From NCBI GenBank assembly GCA_951406725.2, contig OX597842.1:7502001-7566000 (forward strand): 64,000 bases of DNA. Direction: 5' to 3'. The position numbers and the translations under genes are program-made. How positions within the stretch are numbered: position 1 is the stretch's first letter; each line of letters opens with the position of its first letter. This DNA comes from Octopus vulgaris (Eukaryota). This document shows positions 37,639 through 50,946 of this stretch, piece after piece. The notes below the pieces were generated by a model that saw nothing but the letters and a program-made list of their open reading frames with translations, was not told where the DNA came from and made no database searches.

Positions 37639-38258
37639 ATAATAATAATAATAATAATCCTTTTGACTATAGGCACAAGGCCTGAAATTTTGGGAGAAGT
37701 GGGGGGCTAAGGGGGTAAGTTGATTACATAGACCCCAGAACTTCATTGTTGCTTATTTAAACAATCCTCAGAGGATGAAAGACAAACTGAACTTCAGTGG
37801 CATTTGAACCCAGAACGTAAAGACAGATAGAATACTGCAAAGCATTTTACCCGTCAGGCTAACAATTATGCCAGCTTAATAATAATAGTAGTAGTAGTAG
37901 TAGTAGTAGTAATAGTAGTAGTAGTAGTAGTAGTAATAATAATAAAATAATAATAATAATAATAGTAGTAGTAATAATAATCCTCTCTATTGGAAGCACA
38001 AGGGCTCAAATTTTGGAGGAAGAGATTAACTCAACTACATCGACGCCAGTATGTAACTGGTACTAATTTTGCCGACCCCAAAAAGATGAAAGGCAAAGTT
38101 GACCTCAGCGGAATTTGAACTCAGAACATAGCATAAGACAAAATTACCGCTAAGCATTTTGCTTGTCATGCTAACAATACCGCCAGCTTGCCACCTTAAT
38201 AACAACAACAACAACGACAATGACGATGATGATAAATTCTGTTTTACTGGCCACAAAC

Positions 38259-38670
38259 TCTTTACTCTCTTACTTGTTTCAGTCATGTGACTGCAGCCAT
38301 GCTGGAGCACCGCATTTATAGTCGAGCAAATCGACCCCAGGACTTATTCTTTGTAAGCCTAGTACTTATTCTATCGGTCTCTTTTGCCGAACCGCTAAGT
38401 TACAGGGATGTAAACACAACAGCATTGGTTGTCAAGCAATGCTAGGGGTACAAACACAGACACACAAACATATACACACACATATACATTTATGGGCTTC
38501 TTTCAGTTTCCATCTACCAAATCCACTCACAAGGCTTTGGTCAACCTGAGGATATAGTAGAAGACACTTGTCCAAGGTGCCATGCAGTGGGACTGAACCT
38601 GGGACCATGTGGTTGGTAAGCAAGCTACTTACCACACAGCCATTCCCATGCCTATAGCTACTCCTGTGCC
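38259..38670 (-). mobile_element. SINE family A
   Basis: Full-length copy. Confidence 0.85.
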
Positions 38671-38679
38671 TAAAAGGCT

Positions 38680-39050
38680 AATATAAATCAAAAACCTGAA
38701 AGGGCAAACACAAGATGGAAAGTACAAAGGGTTTTGTGAAAAAGAAAGGTCCATGTAAACATATGATAACAAGAAAAATTTAACAAGTAAAACTCCGAAA
38801 GGTTACTCGTGGAAAAACCCATAAAAGCCATGGGAGCCTGGTGAAATGGAGAGAGAGCCCCTTCACCTTTTATATTCTTTTTTTACAGGTGTAACCTCAG
38901 AATTGGTCCCTTCATACTGGCCATTTTCCCGACATTCACCCACCTTTCAATAAATTTGCTACAAGACAGCACTTCACTCTCTATTCTCATCTTCCTTTTC
39001 AAGTAGAACTTGAAAAGTTGATGAGGCCAAAGAGGAAAGTGTCTGACTTT
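38680..39050 (-). mobile_element. Probable L1/Tx1-type LINE 3' fragment
   Basis: FKFYLKRKMRIE...FIERWVNV resembles Tx1-clade ORF2 ends. Confidence 0.45.
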
Positions 39051-39467
39051 AGCCCTTTCAAATGGGTCCACCATATCACCTCTTTCGCTACGTTGCTTAC
39101 TTTTTACTCAGCCTAATATATATTCTTTTACTTGTTTCAGTCATTTGACAGTGACCATACTGGAGCACCCCCTTAAAGGGTGTTTTAGTTAAAGAAATCG
39201 ATCCCAGGTGGTGCATTTCAAAAGCTATATCCACTAATATTAACTACTAAACACTGGGTAATGTGTAGTCCCAGATGTCTGTATAAAGGATAAACTGGTC
39301 ACAGCTGGAATATTCTTGAATACTTATTCTATTGGTATCTTTTGCTGAGCTGCTAAGTTACAGGGACATAAATACACCAACATCAGTTGTCACATGATGG
39401 TGGGAGGACAAACACAGATACAATGAGACACACGCATAGATATGTACATATATATATATATATATAT

Positions 39468-39856
39468 ACTCTTTTACTTGTTTCAGTCATTTGACTGCGG
39501 CCATGCTGGAGCACCGCCTTTAGTCGAGCAAATCGACCCCGAGACTTATTCTTTTTGTAAGCCCAGTACTTATTCTATCGGTCTCTTTTGCCAAACCGCT
39601 AAGTGACGGGGACATAAACACACCAGCATCGGTTGTCAAGCAATGCTAGGGGGACAAACACAGACACACACATACATATATATACATATATACGACAGGC
39701 TTCTTTCAGTTTCCGTCTACCAAATCCACTCACAAGGCATTGGTCGGCCCGGGGCTATAGCAGAAGACACTTGCCCAAGATGCCACGCAGTGGGACTGAA
39801 CCCGGAACCATGTGGTTGGTTAGCAAGCTACTTACCACACAGCCATTCCTGCGCCT
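39468..39856 (-). mobile_element. SINE family A
   Basis: Full-length copy. Confidence 0.85.
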
Positions 39857-40059
39857 ATATATATATATATATATACACCCACAAGGTGCGAGGGATATTT
39901 TAAGGCAATTACCAGTATATTTCTCTCTTCACACCAATTAAAAGGATTTTATGTCTTTCAGACCCTCAAAGGCAGACAAAAGGAAATGGATGGCCAGTCG
40001 GCTGGTTGGGTTGTTGGTTTTTCCCTGCCCCACCCCCACCTCGTCTCTGGCTTTCTTAC

Positions 40060-40200
40060 CTTATTGATGTCACACATTTTCCAAAACAGTACCAACATTT
40101 CTTGGTAGAAGTGGACCTTCTTACAGGAACCAGGCAAGTAGGTCTGCATTAGGGGGTTGTTCAGTAGCCGAGTGAGGCCCTTCAGGATGAAAGAGAAATC
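40060..40200 (-). CDS. HID1: HID1 exon (DFSFILKGLTRLLNNPLMQTYLP...CDINK)
   Basis: Conserved motif; tag/gtaaga; 141 nt. Confidence 0.95.
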
Positions 40201-40254
40201 CTAAAAACAGATATCAATGATTAAATGTTAGAAACACCAGAGCATATTCAAGGA

Positions 40255-40945
40255 ATATTCCATCGAAATTCCATGTAAATTTATATTCCAAAAACCAGTT
40301 TAATAATGACAAATCCGTTTCACTAAATTCTTCCTTATTTACAATATTAATTAGAAGAAAGGCAGTGTATTTCTACTGAAATATGGTAACAAAATGGTTA
40401 AAGTGATCTAAATTCAAACCTTCCACCAAAATTCCAAGCTAATTTATCTTCCAAACACCAGCTTAATAATGGCAAGTATTTTTTCTAAATTCTTCATTAT
40501 TCTCTAAAGTTAACTGAAACATTCATGTGTATGGTAACAAAAGGGTTAAAGTGATCTAAATTTAAACCCTCCATCAAAATTTCATCATCCAAACACCAGC
40601 CTAAAAATGGCAGTTATTTTACTAAATTCTTCATTATTCTCTAAAATTAAGTGAAACAAAATCAAGTGTATTTCAACAGAAGTATGGTAACAAAAGGGTT
40701 AAAGTGATCTTAAATTACAACCTTCCATAAAAAATTCCATGTAAATTTATATTCCAAATACCAGTTTAATAATGGCAAATTCGTTTCACTAAATTCTTCA
40801 TCATTTACAATATTAATTGGAAGAAAGGCAATGTATTTCATCCAAAATATGGTTAAATTGTTGATTTATGTTCCAGACACCATTTAATAATGACAAATCT
40901 ATTTTACTAAGTTCTTCATTGTTTTCAAAATTAATTGAAGCATTG
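40255..40945. repeat. Tandem ~150-bp units related to the TTAA MITE at 58903-59119
   Basis: Recurrent atggtaacaaaagggttaaagtgatct. Confidence 0.7.
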
Positions 40946-41155
40946 GTGGTTTATTTCAAAAGCTACATCTACTAATATTAACTACTATACTAAACACTGG
41001 CTAATGTAGTCCTAGATGTCTGTATAAAGGATAGACTGGTCACAGCTGGAATATTCTTGATCAAGACCTGCTGGACCAGAGATAACCGAAGGCTAAACAA
41101 CAAGATTATATTCGTAGCAGTGAGGAAAGGGGAGATAAATGATCAAAGCACTCAC

Positions 41156-41212
41156 CTCTTCTCTGTGAATGCGAGACAAATAGTTGAGAAACAGGTTATC
41201 AGGACCACCAAC
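41156..41212 (-). CDS. HID1: HID1 small exon (VGGPDNLFLNYLSRIHREE)
   Basis: NYLSRIHREE motif; cag/gtgagt; 57 nt. Confidence 0.93.
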
Positions 41213-41279
41213 CTGAAATAGAACAGAACATTTTATATATGTTTGTGTGCACATGTATATTTATCTATCTATCTATCTA

Positions 41280-41324
<45 letters not shown>

Positions 41325-41326
<2 letters not shown>

Positions 41327-41870
41327 TCATCATCGTTTAACGTCCGCTTTCCATGCTAGCATGGGTTGGACAGTTCAACTGGGGTCTGGGAAGCCAGAAG
41401 GCTGCACCAGGCTCAGTTTGATCTGGCAATGTTTCTACAGCTGGATGCCCTTCCTAACGCCAACCACTCCGTGAGTGTAGTGGGTGCTTTTTACGTGCCA
41501 CCGGCACAGGTGCCAGACGAGTCTGGCAAACGGCCACGATCGGATGGTGCTTTTTACATGCCACCGCCACGGGGACCAGGCGAGGCTGGCAACGGCCACG
41601 AACGGATGGTGCTTTTTACGTGCCACCGGCACGAGGCCAGTCTGGGCAGCGCTGGCAACGGCCACAAACGGATGGTGCATTTTACGTGCCACCTGCACGG
41701 GGACCAGGCGAGGCTGGCAACGGCCACAAGCGGATGGTGCTTTTTACGTGCCACTGGCACGAGGCCATTCTGGGGCGGCGCTGGCAACGGCCACGTTCGG
41801 ATGGTTCTCTTACGTGCTGCCGGCACTGGTAGCTCAGCTGCAATTTCCATGGATCAATTTCGATTCTGAT
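41325..41870 (-). mobile_element. RTE-LINE 3'UTR copy with about 5 units
   Basis: Terminal block and tandem units. Confidence 0.8.
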
Positions 41871-42787
41871 ATATATATATATATATATTTATATTAATAA
41901 AATAATAATATTAAGGAGTATAGCTCAAAAAAATTTCACAGTATAAATATATAAAATATAAATTAGAGACAAAACCACTATTATGCAACTCAAACAATGA
42001 CAGACATAAACCAATACATAAATAACAAATAAAATATATGTGTATCTGCATATATGAATTCCTATACATATATATGTATATATTCGTCTATATGTGTGTG
42101 TTTGCGCGTGTATCTAGTTGTATGTATATGCCCATATACTTGGATGTGTGTGAGTGCATATGTATATGTGCATATATATATATGTATCTGTGTATGTATC
42201 TGTGTGTCTAAGCACGAACACAAAAAAATTTTCGTCTCAGTATTATCTTCCTTTCAACTTCTACTTTCTTTTCTTTTTCCTAACAGTTACAACAGCAAAG
42301 GCTCATTAAGTCATTTTCTCTAAACTAAACTGTATACTTTTCACGTTCATTTCTTGTGTTTCAATAATTTTTCTCTGTTTTTACTCATTCTCAAATTTGA
42401 TGGACATATAGCAGTACGTAAGCCAACTCAAGAAATTTCTAGTGAGACTTTTTATTGATGTACCCAAAGAGACCCAGAACAGGTAGAAACAGGTGTTGTA
42501 CCCAATAAAGTCTATTACACATTCCATCTCCTATTTTATTAATACTGTTACCCCAATTGCCATTACAAATTTCCTGCAATAAATATGCAGATAACAACAG
42601 GTCACCAAAACTGTGCCGGTGCTTTACTCATCATCCACTTATATATTTTGTACAATTTCTCTATTATATATATATATACATATTGGTAAAAACAGTAATA
42701 TAACAAAAGAAAGAAAGAGACCTCGATATTATGTAAATAGAGAAATTTATCTGTAAATATAATATGTGACAATTATTCAGTAGCCAA

Positions 42788-42848
42788 GATAAAACTCCGA
42801 GTTTCGGATGCCGGGGTGGAAAACCACACCGCCATCTCTTCAGTTATC
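42788..42848 (-). ncRNA. Hammerhead ribozyme, inverted-pair arm, sense to HID1
   Basis: Same family as 29323. Confidence 0.65.
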
Positions 42849-42880
42849 CAGAATTTTTCAGAGCATTTTACCGATGGCCG

Positions 42881-42941
42881 GATAACTGAAGAGATGGCAA
42901 CTTGGATTTCCGCCCCGACATCCGAAACTCAGAGTTTTATC
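42881..42941 (+). ncRNA. Hammerhead ribozyme, inverted-pair arm
   Basis: gataa-CTGAAGA...GAAACTC a GAGTT-ttatc. Confidence 0.65.
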
Positions 42942-42976
42942 ATGGCTACCGAATAATTGTCACATGTTACTTTTAC

Positions 42977-43017
<41 letters not shown>

Positions 43018-43074
43018 TATATACACACATATATGTGTGCATACAAATTAACTCAGTAATTAGCAAATACTTAC

Positions 43075-43303
43075 ATCAGTGTTTTGTTCCATGGCGGTAC
43101 TTCCAGCACTGGTGCCATCCACTGATACATTCCTGTTGGGGTCAGAATCATTCTCCAAGGTGACACAGAGGACCTGGAGAGCCATCTCAACAAGTGGTTC
43201 ACGAGAATCAGTGAACATCAGATGGTTGTAGGGCACTCCATACCCAACAGGGTCGTAGGCACAGACTACATTTAACATGGAGGTGAAAAGCGGCAGAGCA
43301 TGC
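43075..43303 (-). CDS. HID1: HID1 exon (HALPLFTSMLNVVCAYDPVGYGVPYNHL...EQNTD)
   Basis: Conserved motif; cag/gtaagt; 229 nt. Confidence 0.95.
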
Positions 43304-43620
43304 CTGAAATACAGTCAAAGAAGAGAGAGAGAAAATTTTAAGACTTTATTTATTTAAGACTGAGGGTCAGTAGAATTTGTAGAGCATCAAACAAAATATG
43401 TTGTGATAGTAAATTATGTCACTTCCTTTATGGCTTAAGTTCACTCAATCACACTTCACCCTCTGGCCCACGGACTTCCTGTCTCCTCTCTCTGCCTTTT
43501 TTGTTACTTCTATAATGGCCTCTGTTCCTCTTGGCATTAAACCACTCACAGACACACACCATCCTCTCACCCACAGCTATGCTGTCTCCTCTCTCTGCCT
43601 TTTCTATCACAACTATAATA

Positions 43621-44104
43621 AATGCCCTGATGCAGTACCAGGCAGTGGCTCCCATGGCTTCTGATCCTAACTGATTGGAAGTGTTATCATGTACATTGTT
43701 TTGTCTTGGTATAAAAGATGGGCCACAGCAAATATTCTGCTCAATACCACAGATTTGCTTGTCAGTTGTTTGACCTTAACCAGTTGACCATGTCCCTTAG
43801 TGGCTGACGATATGTGCATCTCTGACCATGAGCAGAAGTAGTGGGGGATCATCATAGCCATGTGTTGAGAGGGATTCTTAGAGGTTTGGATAATTCACCT
43901 TTGGAAACATGGGTGGTTCGTTCAACATCCTTAAACAACCCTTATGCGCTGTTTATCTTGAGATGAGATCACCATGTCATGCACATATGGTTGTGATGCA
44001 TGTGCCTGATGTACCCTCATCAGACGGGTAGTCATGATGGGTATACTGGGCTTCGTATATTTTACCCCAGTGTCACTTTGATGGCATGCACTGCTCTCTC
44101 ACTC

Positions 44105-44105
<1 letters not shown>
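43621..44105 (-). mobile_element. (AAT)n-flanked repeat with an internal deletion
   Basis: Homology to 19173 and 37081. Confidence 0.8.
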
Positions 44106-44147
<42 letters not shown>

Positions 44148-44604
44148 TGCTCGAAAAACTGCTCTATTGGAGACAGAGAGGATTTTGAGATACTTGGGTG
44201 TTAAGTATTGTGGAAAGAGACCTTGAGAGATCCTTGACAACAGGTTGTGGTCTACACTCACAGAATTACCCAGAGTAATACAGAATTAACAAGGCGGCAA
44301 ACTGGTAGAATCGTTAGCAAGCCGGGCGAAATACTTAGCAGTATTTCGTCTGTCATTACGTTCTGAGTTCAAATTCCACCAAGGTTGGCTTTGCTTTTCA
44401 TCCTTTCGGGGTCGATAAATTAAGTACCAGTTACACACTAGGATCGATATAATCGACTTAATCCCTTTGTCTGACCTTGTTTGTCACCTCTATGTTTAGC
44501 CCCTTGTGGGCAATAAAGAAATAAGAACTAACCAGAGTAAGTAAAATCAAGAGCTTTGAGACGTAAACTATAATAATAATAATAACAACAAGTGATAAAC
44601 TTAC

Positions 44605-44662
44605 CGATTCTCTGTAGAGGTAAAATACTGTATCCATTGGTTTGGCTGGTTGTGAGCATCAG
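44605..44662 (-). CDS. HID1: HID1 small exon (ADAHNQPNQWIQYFTSTENR)
   Basis: Resembles human NPWVQFFCSTENR; cag/gtaagt; phase 1 to 2; 58 nt. Confidence 0.9.
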
Positions 44663-45274
44663 CTGGAGAAAGAGAAGTAGTGTGAGAGACAACGTAAAAA
44701 AAAACAGTGGTGCTTGGTAGAAGAAAACGAAAGACAGATATAGGGAGCCTGCCATTGGTTGTCTCTTATGTTTCATCCTTATTTTAACATCCACTTTCCT
44801 ATGCTGACGCAGGTGGGTCAGACAGAATTTGAGACAGATTTTCTGTGGTCTGATGTCCTTCATGTCACCAGCCCTTAACAATTTCCACATAACATAATAT
44901 TTTCCCCATGGCCAGATGACCCTTTCACAGAAAACAACACCGTTTCTATGACAATGATGCTTACTTACAATCATCATCATCATCATCATCGTTTAACGTC
45001 CGTTTTCCACGCTAGCATGGGTTGGACGGTTCGACCGGGGTCTGGGAAGCCAGGAGGCTGCACCAGGCTCCAGTCTGATTTGGTATGGTTTCTACAGCTG
45101 GATGCCCTTCCTAACGCCAACCACTCCATGAGTATAGTGGTCAAGGGGGCAGCAGCCTGAAAATGTTTGGGAAACACTGAACTAATGTACTGTATATGGG
45201 CAGGTGGATGGTAGGGAGGTAGGTGGGTGGGTTGGCAGTCAGACAGACAGGAAGACAAACAGACAGACACTTAC

Positions 45275-45443
45275 CTATTGGTGGTAAGTACATGGTTTCT
45301 GAGAAGCATGTGAGAAGCAGCTTCAGGAGTTCAGTTCTGCTCTGGTCATGTGTAATATTGTGTGGTGGGGAGTGGGCAAAGCCAACGCCCTTCTCCCATA
45401 TGTACTCACAACTGTCGATGCTGTGCATGTCCTCTGGGTTGTC
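45275..45443 (-). CDS. HID1: HID1 exon (DNPEDMHSIDSCEYIWEKGVGF...MYLPPI)
   Basis: DSCEYIW and ELLKLLLTCFSE motifs; tag/gtaagt; 169 nt. Confidence 0.95.
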
Positions 45444-45814
45444 CTAAGAAAGAAATAACAATGATGAGAATTTCGTTTTGGGATTTGGTTTGCAAGATTC
45501 TTTATTTGAGTTTGTGTGTTGAAGCATCTTCTGTTGTGTCTGGGGAGAGTCATTCTCTTTTAGTACCTTATTATTTAACATACTCACCGGTAAAATTTCC
45601 ACTTATTTCTTAATTTTTTTTTCCTAAAATTTTCCAAGCTACCCGACAGCTCCACTTCATTAAAGTAAATAACGGACAGAGTCAAGACTATTGAAAAGGT
45701 TGCAAGACGCAACGAAAATTTTAGGAAAATAAAAATAAGAAATAAGTGGAAATTTTACCAGTGAGAGTGTTAAATAATAAGGCACTAAAAGAGAATGACT
45801 CTCCCCAGACACAA

Positions 45815-45954
45815 CAGAATGATGATAATAATAATGATGATAATAATAATGATAATAATAATGATAATAACAATGATGATAATAATAATGATGATGATAA
45901 CAATGAAAATAACAATGATGATAATAATAATGATGATAATAATAATGATAATAA

Positions 45955-45987
<33 letters not shown>

Positions 45988-46022
45988 TGATAATAATAAT
46001 AATGGTGATAATAACAATGATC
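45815..46022. repeat. (AAT/GAT)n microsatellite
   Basis: Direct reading. Confidence 0.9.
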
Positions 46023-46230
46023 CTTTCAACTAAAGACTCAAGGCCTGAAATTTGCTGGTAGGGGACTAGTGGATTACATCAACACCAGTATATCACTGGT
46101 ACTTAATTTATTGACTCCAAATGGATGAAAAGCAAAGTCGACCCTAGCAGAATTTGAACTCAGATGATAAAGTCAAACAAAACGCATCTAAACATTTTGC
46201 CTGGTGTGCTAACAATTCTACTGGCTGAAA

Positions 46231-46756
46231 TACCGTAAATCCTCAAGTACAGTCTGCCCTTGAGTATAATATGCAGAGGATTTTTAGGGGGCTGTACCTC
46301 TGAAAAACCTAAACCTTGTGTATAATACATACCCCTTCTCTAACTTGAGTCATGCGTAATTAAGCCAGCAGCACCTAGTCGAACAAACACTTCCGTACAT
46401 GCGTAATACAATAATGGTGATGTTCTTAACTGTTATATGGGAATGTAAATATGTTTGCAAATTGTTTTTGTTACATGTTATTCTGTGTTCTGAATACTTT
46501 TATTTTAATAAATGTTGCTTACTGCAAGTTATGGATGATTCTTTTATGACTTCATTGCTTTCAGGCTTAGCTTAAGGTATTTTTGCGCTCGACATCACAA
46601 AATGCGTCTGAATAAACATTGCCGAACAGCAAATAGAGACTCGGACATTGCTTAGAAAATATTTTTCAATTTTAACCTCGTGTATAATACACACTAGGGA
46701 TTTTGACCTTTAAATTTTGGGGAAAAACTGCGGATTATACTCAAGGATTTACAGTA
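46231..46756. mobile_element. TA-flanked TIR element (Tc1/pogo-like MITE); another left end near 63844
   Basis: taccgtaaatcct...aggatttacagta. Confidence 0.65.
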
Positions 46757-46832
46757 ATGATGATGATGATGATGGTGGTGGTGATGGTGGTGTTGATGAT
46801 GATGATGATGATGAGGAGGAGGAGACACTTAC

Positions 46833-46886
46833 CGGTCCTGATTTTCTGCTTGAGGCTACAGTAAAGTCGGGGCAAAACAGCAAATC
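46833..46886 (-). CDS. HID1: HID1 small exon (DLLFCPDFTVASSRKSGP)
   Basis: DLLFCPDFTV motif; cag/gtaagt; 54 nt. Confidence 0.93.
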
Positions 46887-47344
46887 CTGGTTTGAAATAG
46901 AAATAAAAAAGCAGCTTTAGGAAGACATGGGGAAAGCCATTAACATGGTGAGAAATTTAAAATGGTGTTTTATGTTTCATTCAGAAAGAGCATAACTCAC
47001 AGATTCCAGAACACTTAAATTTTTCAAATATCTTAATATTTACATACAAACAGCAATTCAACATGGTGGTGGAAATACACAAAAATAAACATTATTTTCC
47101 ATCTTGCTGTTAGTTTTGTTTCATTTTGAAAAAATAATTCATTTTATGGATTATTATTGTTTATATTTTGAATTACATATATATGGGTGCACCAAAATCT
47201 TTTAAATGCCCAGGGCCTCTATGGGTCTTAACCCATTGCCTGCCATGAGCCTATTTGAGGATCTGCTAAAAACAGTCTCACTGCTGGTTGTTCGTTGCAT
47301 TTAAAGTGAATTGATTTTGTACATTGCATTTGCAGAGGTGCGTT

Positions 47345-47640
47345 TAACAATAACAATTGCAGCATGGAAGGTGTTTGTAAGCCATTTAAGAAACACACAC
47401 AAAAACCATTAGATTCACTTCAACATTTAAATTTAATTTGTCAAAATATTTTCGTCGCTTTGAGACCGCGACCTGTTCCATGCAGCAGGGAATTTTGTCA
47501 GTGAACAGGTCGCGGTCTCAAAGCGACAAAAATATTTTGGCAAATTAAATTTAAATGTTGAAGTGAATCTAATGGTTTTTGTGTGTTTCTTAAATGGCTT
47601 ATAAACACCTTCCACGCTGCAATTATTTTCGTTCCAGCAC
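47345..47640. mobile_element. Inverted duplication of the 9160-9360 Penelope-type terminal repeat with a G3-C8 hammerhead copy at 47494-47544
   Basis: GTGAACA core retained; G12 mutated in the plus arm; minus arm truncated within the core. Confidence 0.7.
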
Positions 47641-48438
47641 ATGATCTCAGATCAGGTCACTTGCTAAAGTTTGTCATTATTAGCTCTGGCTAATTCTAAA
47701 GGTCATTTTATGGCATAAATCACAATTTTTGAACTACAAAAATATTAACTGTTTCCAAAAGGTTTTTTTTTTCATTTCCCATCTATATCATTCATTGATA
47801 TTTCATACACATTCACATATGATACCATAGTTTAAAAAAAAAACTAAAATGTTTATTATTGCAATTGAATAGAAAAGGATAAATATACTTTTTTTTCAGT
47901 GATCCCCATTAGGGACCTTTTGAAAAATTTATCATAATTATCAAAATAATTCACATATGAAGAAAATTTAAATACTATATATTATTTTAACTCATAAGAC
48001 ACCTGGCAAAGCCAAAAACTATGATTAAAAAGATTTGGCAGTTAATGGGTTAATCCAGCTCTGGGAAGGCCACATTAGATAATTTAGGAATACAAACGAG
48101 ATGTGTTATGTAAGATCAATTTTGAGGATCTGATCAAAGTCTTCGTAATTAAAAAAAGTAGGAGAAAACTTTTTAAATATAAAGTGGAAATATACAAAAA
48201 TAAACATTATTGAGTGAGCCTTTCCAAATGTAGACATTGTCTTTCACATATTTTTAACATTGATGGTAATAAATTGCTCAGCTGAGAGTACACTCTCTCA
48301 ATTGAAGTACAGTAGAACCTCGGTTTTCAGACAACTCTGATCACAAATAAATCGTACTTTATCTCCTGGCTTTCTCATATTCACTTAATACAGTAGTACC
48401 TTGGTTTACAAACACCTCTGATCACAAATAAATCATGC

Positions 48439-48477
<39 letters not shown>

Positions 48478-48833
48478 TGTGACCGACCAGACCATCAGAT
48501 GTTGTTACACATCGCTGGTCACAATGCGTTCACATTGTTTTAGCCTTTGAATGACGCCACCCCGCTGGCTAAGCGAGCAGGCCAACAGAAGAAAGAGTGG
48601 TGAAAGAGTACAGCAGGGATCACCACCCCCTGCTGGAGTGTCGTGGAGCTTTTAGGTGTTTTCGCTCAATAAACACTCGCAACGCCCGGTCTGGGAATCG
48701 AAACCGCGATCCTACGACAACGAGTCTGCTGCCCTAACCACTGGGCCATTAATCATCTATTTTCTTTCTTCCATCTCACTCTCTATTTTGTATCACATCT
48801 AAACTAACTATTACTTAACCATCCTCTCACACC

Positions 48834-48885
48834 GTCTCCGATGAAGGGATATAATTAATAAATATCCTGGAAACAGCTGTAAGGC
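48834..48885 (+). ncRNA. Type-I hammerhead ribozyme (CCGAUGA variant)
   Basis: gtct-CCGATGA-agggatat..atatcctg-GAAAC agct GTA-aggc. Confidence 0.7.
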
Positions 48886-48969
48886 TGTCTATCTATAAAT
48901 GCTCTATTATCTACACAGCTTTGGTTTTTTATCTTACTATGCAAAAAATTCTTATATATATATATATAT

Positions 48970-49852
48970 CGACAGAGTGTAAGTACCTTGAGAGAAAAGT
49001 TGAACCTAAGAAGCATCAGTTGTTGTGTGCAAGAGAGACGTTTGCGCTGGTATGGTCATGTGATGAGAATGGCTGAAGATAGTTGTGTGCGAAAGTGCCA
49101 CACCCTGGCAGTTGAGGGGACCTGTGGAAGAGGTAGACCCAGGAAAACCTGGGTCGAGGTGGTGAAGCACGACCTTCGAACTTTAGGTCTCACCGAGGAA
49201 ATGACCATAGACCGAGACCTTTGGAAGTATGCTGTGCGTGAGAAAACCCGGCAAGACCAGTGAGAACAGTCAAAATCAAAATCAAACCAAATCAATTCAT
49301 ATATCAGAAAGCAGAACCAAATTGAGGTCGATCAACATCAGTGGGAATTGCAGCTGTGGTTAAGCGAACCATCCGATCGTGGTCGTTGCCGGCGCCGCCC
49401 CGTCTAGCCTCCGTGTTGGTGGCACGTAAAAGCACCATCCGTTCGTGTCCGTTGCCAGCCTCGCCTGGCCCCCGTGCCGGTGACACGTAAAAGCATCATC
49501 CGTTTCATGGCCGTTTGCCAGCTCTGTCTGGCCCCCGTGTTGGTGGCACGTAAAAGCACCATCCGTTTGTGTCCGTTGCCAGCCTCGCCTGGCCCCCGTG
49601 CCGGTGACACGTAAAAGCACCATCCGTTCGTGGCCGTTTGCCAGCTCTGTCTGGCACCTGTGCAGGTGGCATGTAAAAAGCACCCACTACACTCACGGAG
49701 TGGTTGGCGTTAGGAAGGGCATCCAGCCATAGAAACACTGCCAGATCTGACTGGGCCTTATGAAGCCTTCCAGCTTCACAGACCCCAGTTGAACCGTCCA
49801 ACCCATGCTAGCATGGAAAACGGATGCTAAATGATGATGATGATGATGATGA
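48970..49852 (+). mobile_element. 5'-truncated RTE-clade LINE: ORF C-terminus, 3'UTR units and (GAT)n tail
   Basis: RRLRWYGHVMRM...GRGRPRKTW...DRDLWK is a typical RTE ORF end. Confidence 0.9.
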
Positions 49853-50185
49853 TATATATATATATATTAGAGAAGGACCACCATATCATATATTTAACTT
49901 TTTTCTATATGGTATGATTTAATTATATCATTGCTGAATTGCTACATGGTGGTTCTTCTCTAATTTATATACATATGTTATATATTGTGAAATTTGATTT
50001 AGTTTCACTAAATTGAATTTTTTCCCTGTACGTTTGGAATTATATTCCCTAATATTATTATTATTATTATATATTATATATATATAATATGTTACAATTA
50101 CTTAATTTATATAAGTAGCAGAATTATAACACAGTAATTTCCCTTTATATAACGGTATTTTTTCATAGTGTTTTTCAGATGGCCA

Positions 50186-50246
50186 GATAACCGAAGAGAT
50201 GGTGTTGTGGATTTCCACTTCAGCATCTGAAACTCAGAGTTTTATC
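50186..50246 (+). ncRNA. Hammerhead ribozyme (29451 family, CCGAAGA)
   Basis: gataa-CCGAAGA-gatg..catc-t-GAAACTC a GAGTT-ttatc. Confidence 0.6.
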
Positions 50247-50583
50247 TTGACTATTGAGTAATTGTAACATATTATTTTATAGATAAATTTCCTCTATTTA
50301 CATAATATTGCGGTCTCTTTCTTTCTTTTGTTATCTTACCGTTTTTACCAATATATATATATATTTATTTTAAAAATATAAATATATGAAAGAATGGAGT
50401 TGAACGACGAATTAACAAAATTCCTTTATTTTCGACATATGTTTCGAAGGCTACATATTCCCCACGAAAGCACGTAATCTATGCCCTAGGCACGTAACTT
50501 CAACCGTGTTTTTTCTGATGTGAATTTGCTACCCAGGTATTGGTTAATTTGAATTATCCATAATAAGATAATTCATTCAACTA

Positions 50584-50662
<79 letters not shown>

Positions 50663-50704
50663 CACGATTTAATCGTGATCAAAGTTGTTCGAAAACCAAG
50701 GTAC

Positions 50705-50946
50705 TACTGTATATTAAAAATCTCATTAGAACAACTATGCAACAAGGCAGGCTGGATGCCTCATCTCTTCTAAGTATAGAAACAGATGTGTTATGTAAGA
50801 GGAACTGATAAAAGATTTTGCATTCAAAAAAGCAGGAGAAAACTTTCCAAATATAAATAAAGCAGAAGTATACAAAAATAAACGTTATTTTCCACCTTAC
50901 TGTTAGTTTTGTTTCATTTTGAAAAAATAATCTATTTTATGGATTA
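50705..50946 (+). mobile_element. hAT transposon 3' remnant (dimerisation-domain end); related pieces near 47070-47230 and 48090-48210
   Basis: KNLIRTTMQQGRLD...LSIETD...IKDFA, frameshifted. Confidence 0.6.

Noticed and set aside
42460-42511. Active hammerhead
   Set aside because: The core reads CCAAAGA and stem II is mismatched; decayed relic.
49440-49500. HDV-like ribozyme in RTE units (ccagcctcgcctggc resembles HDV P3/L3)
   Set aside because: I could not find P1, P1.1 or P2 partners.
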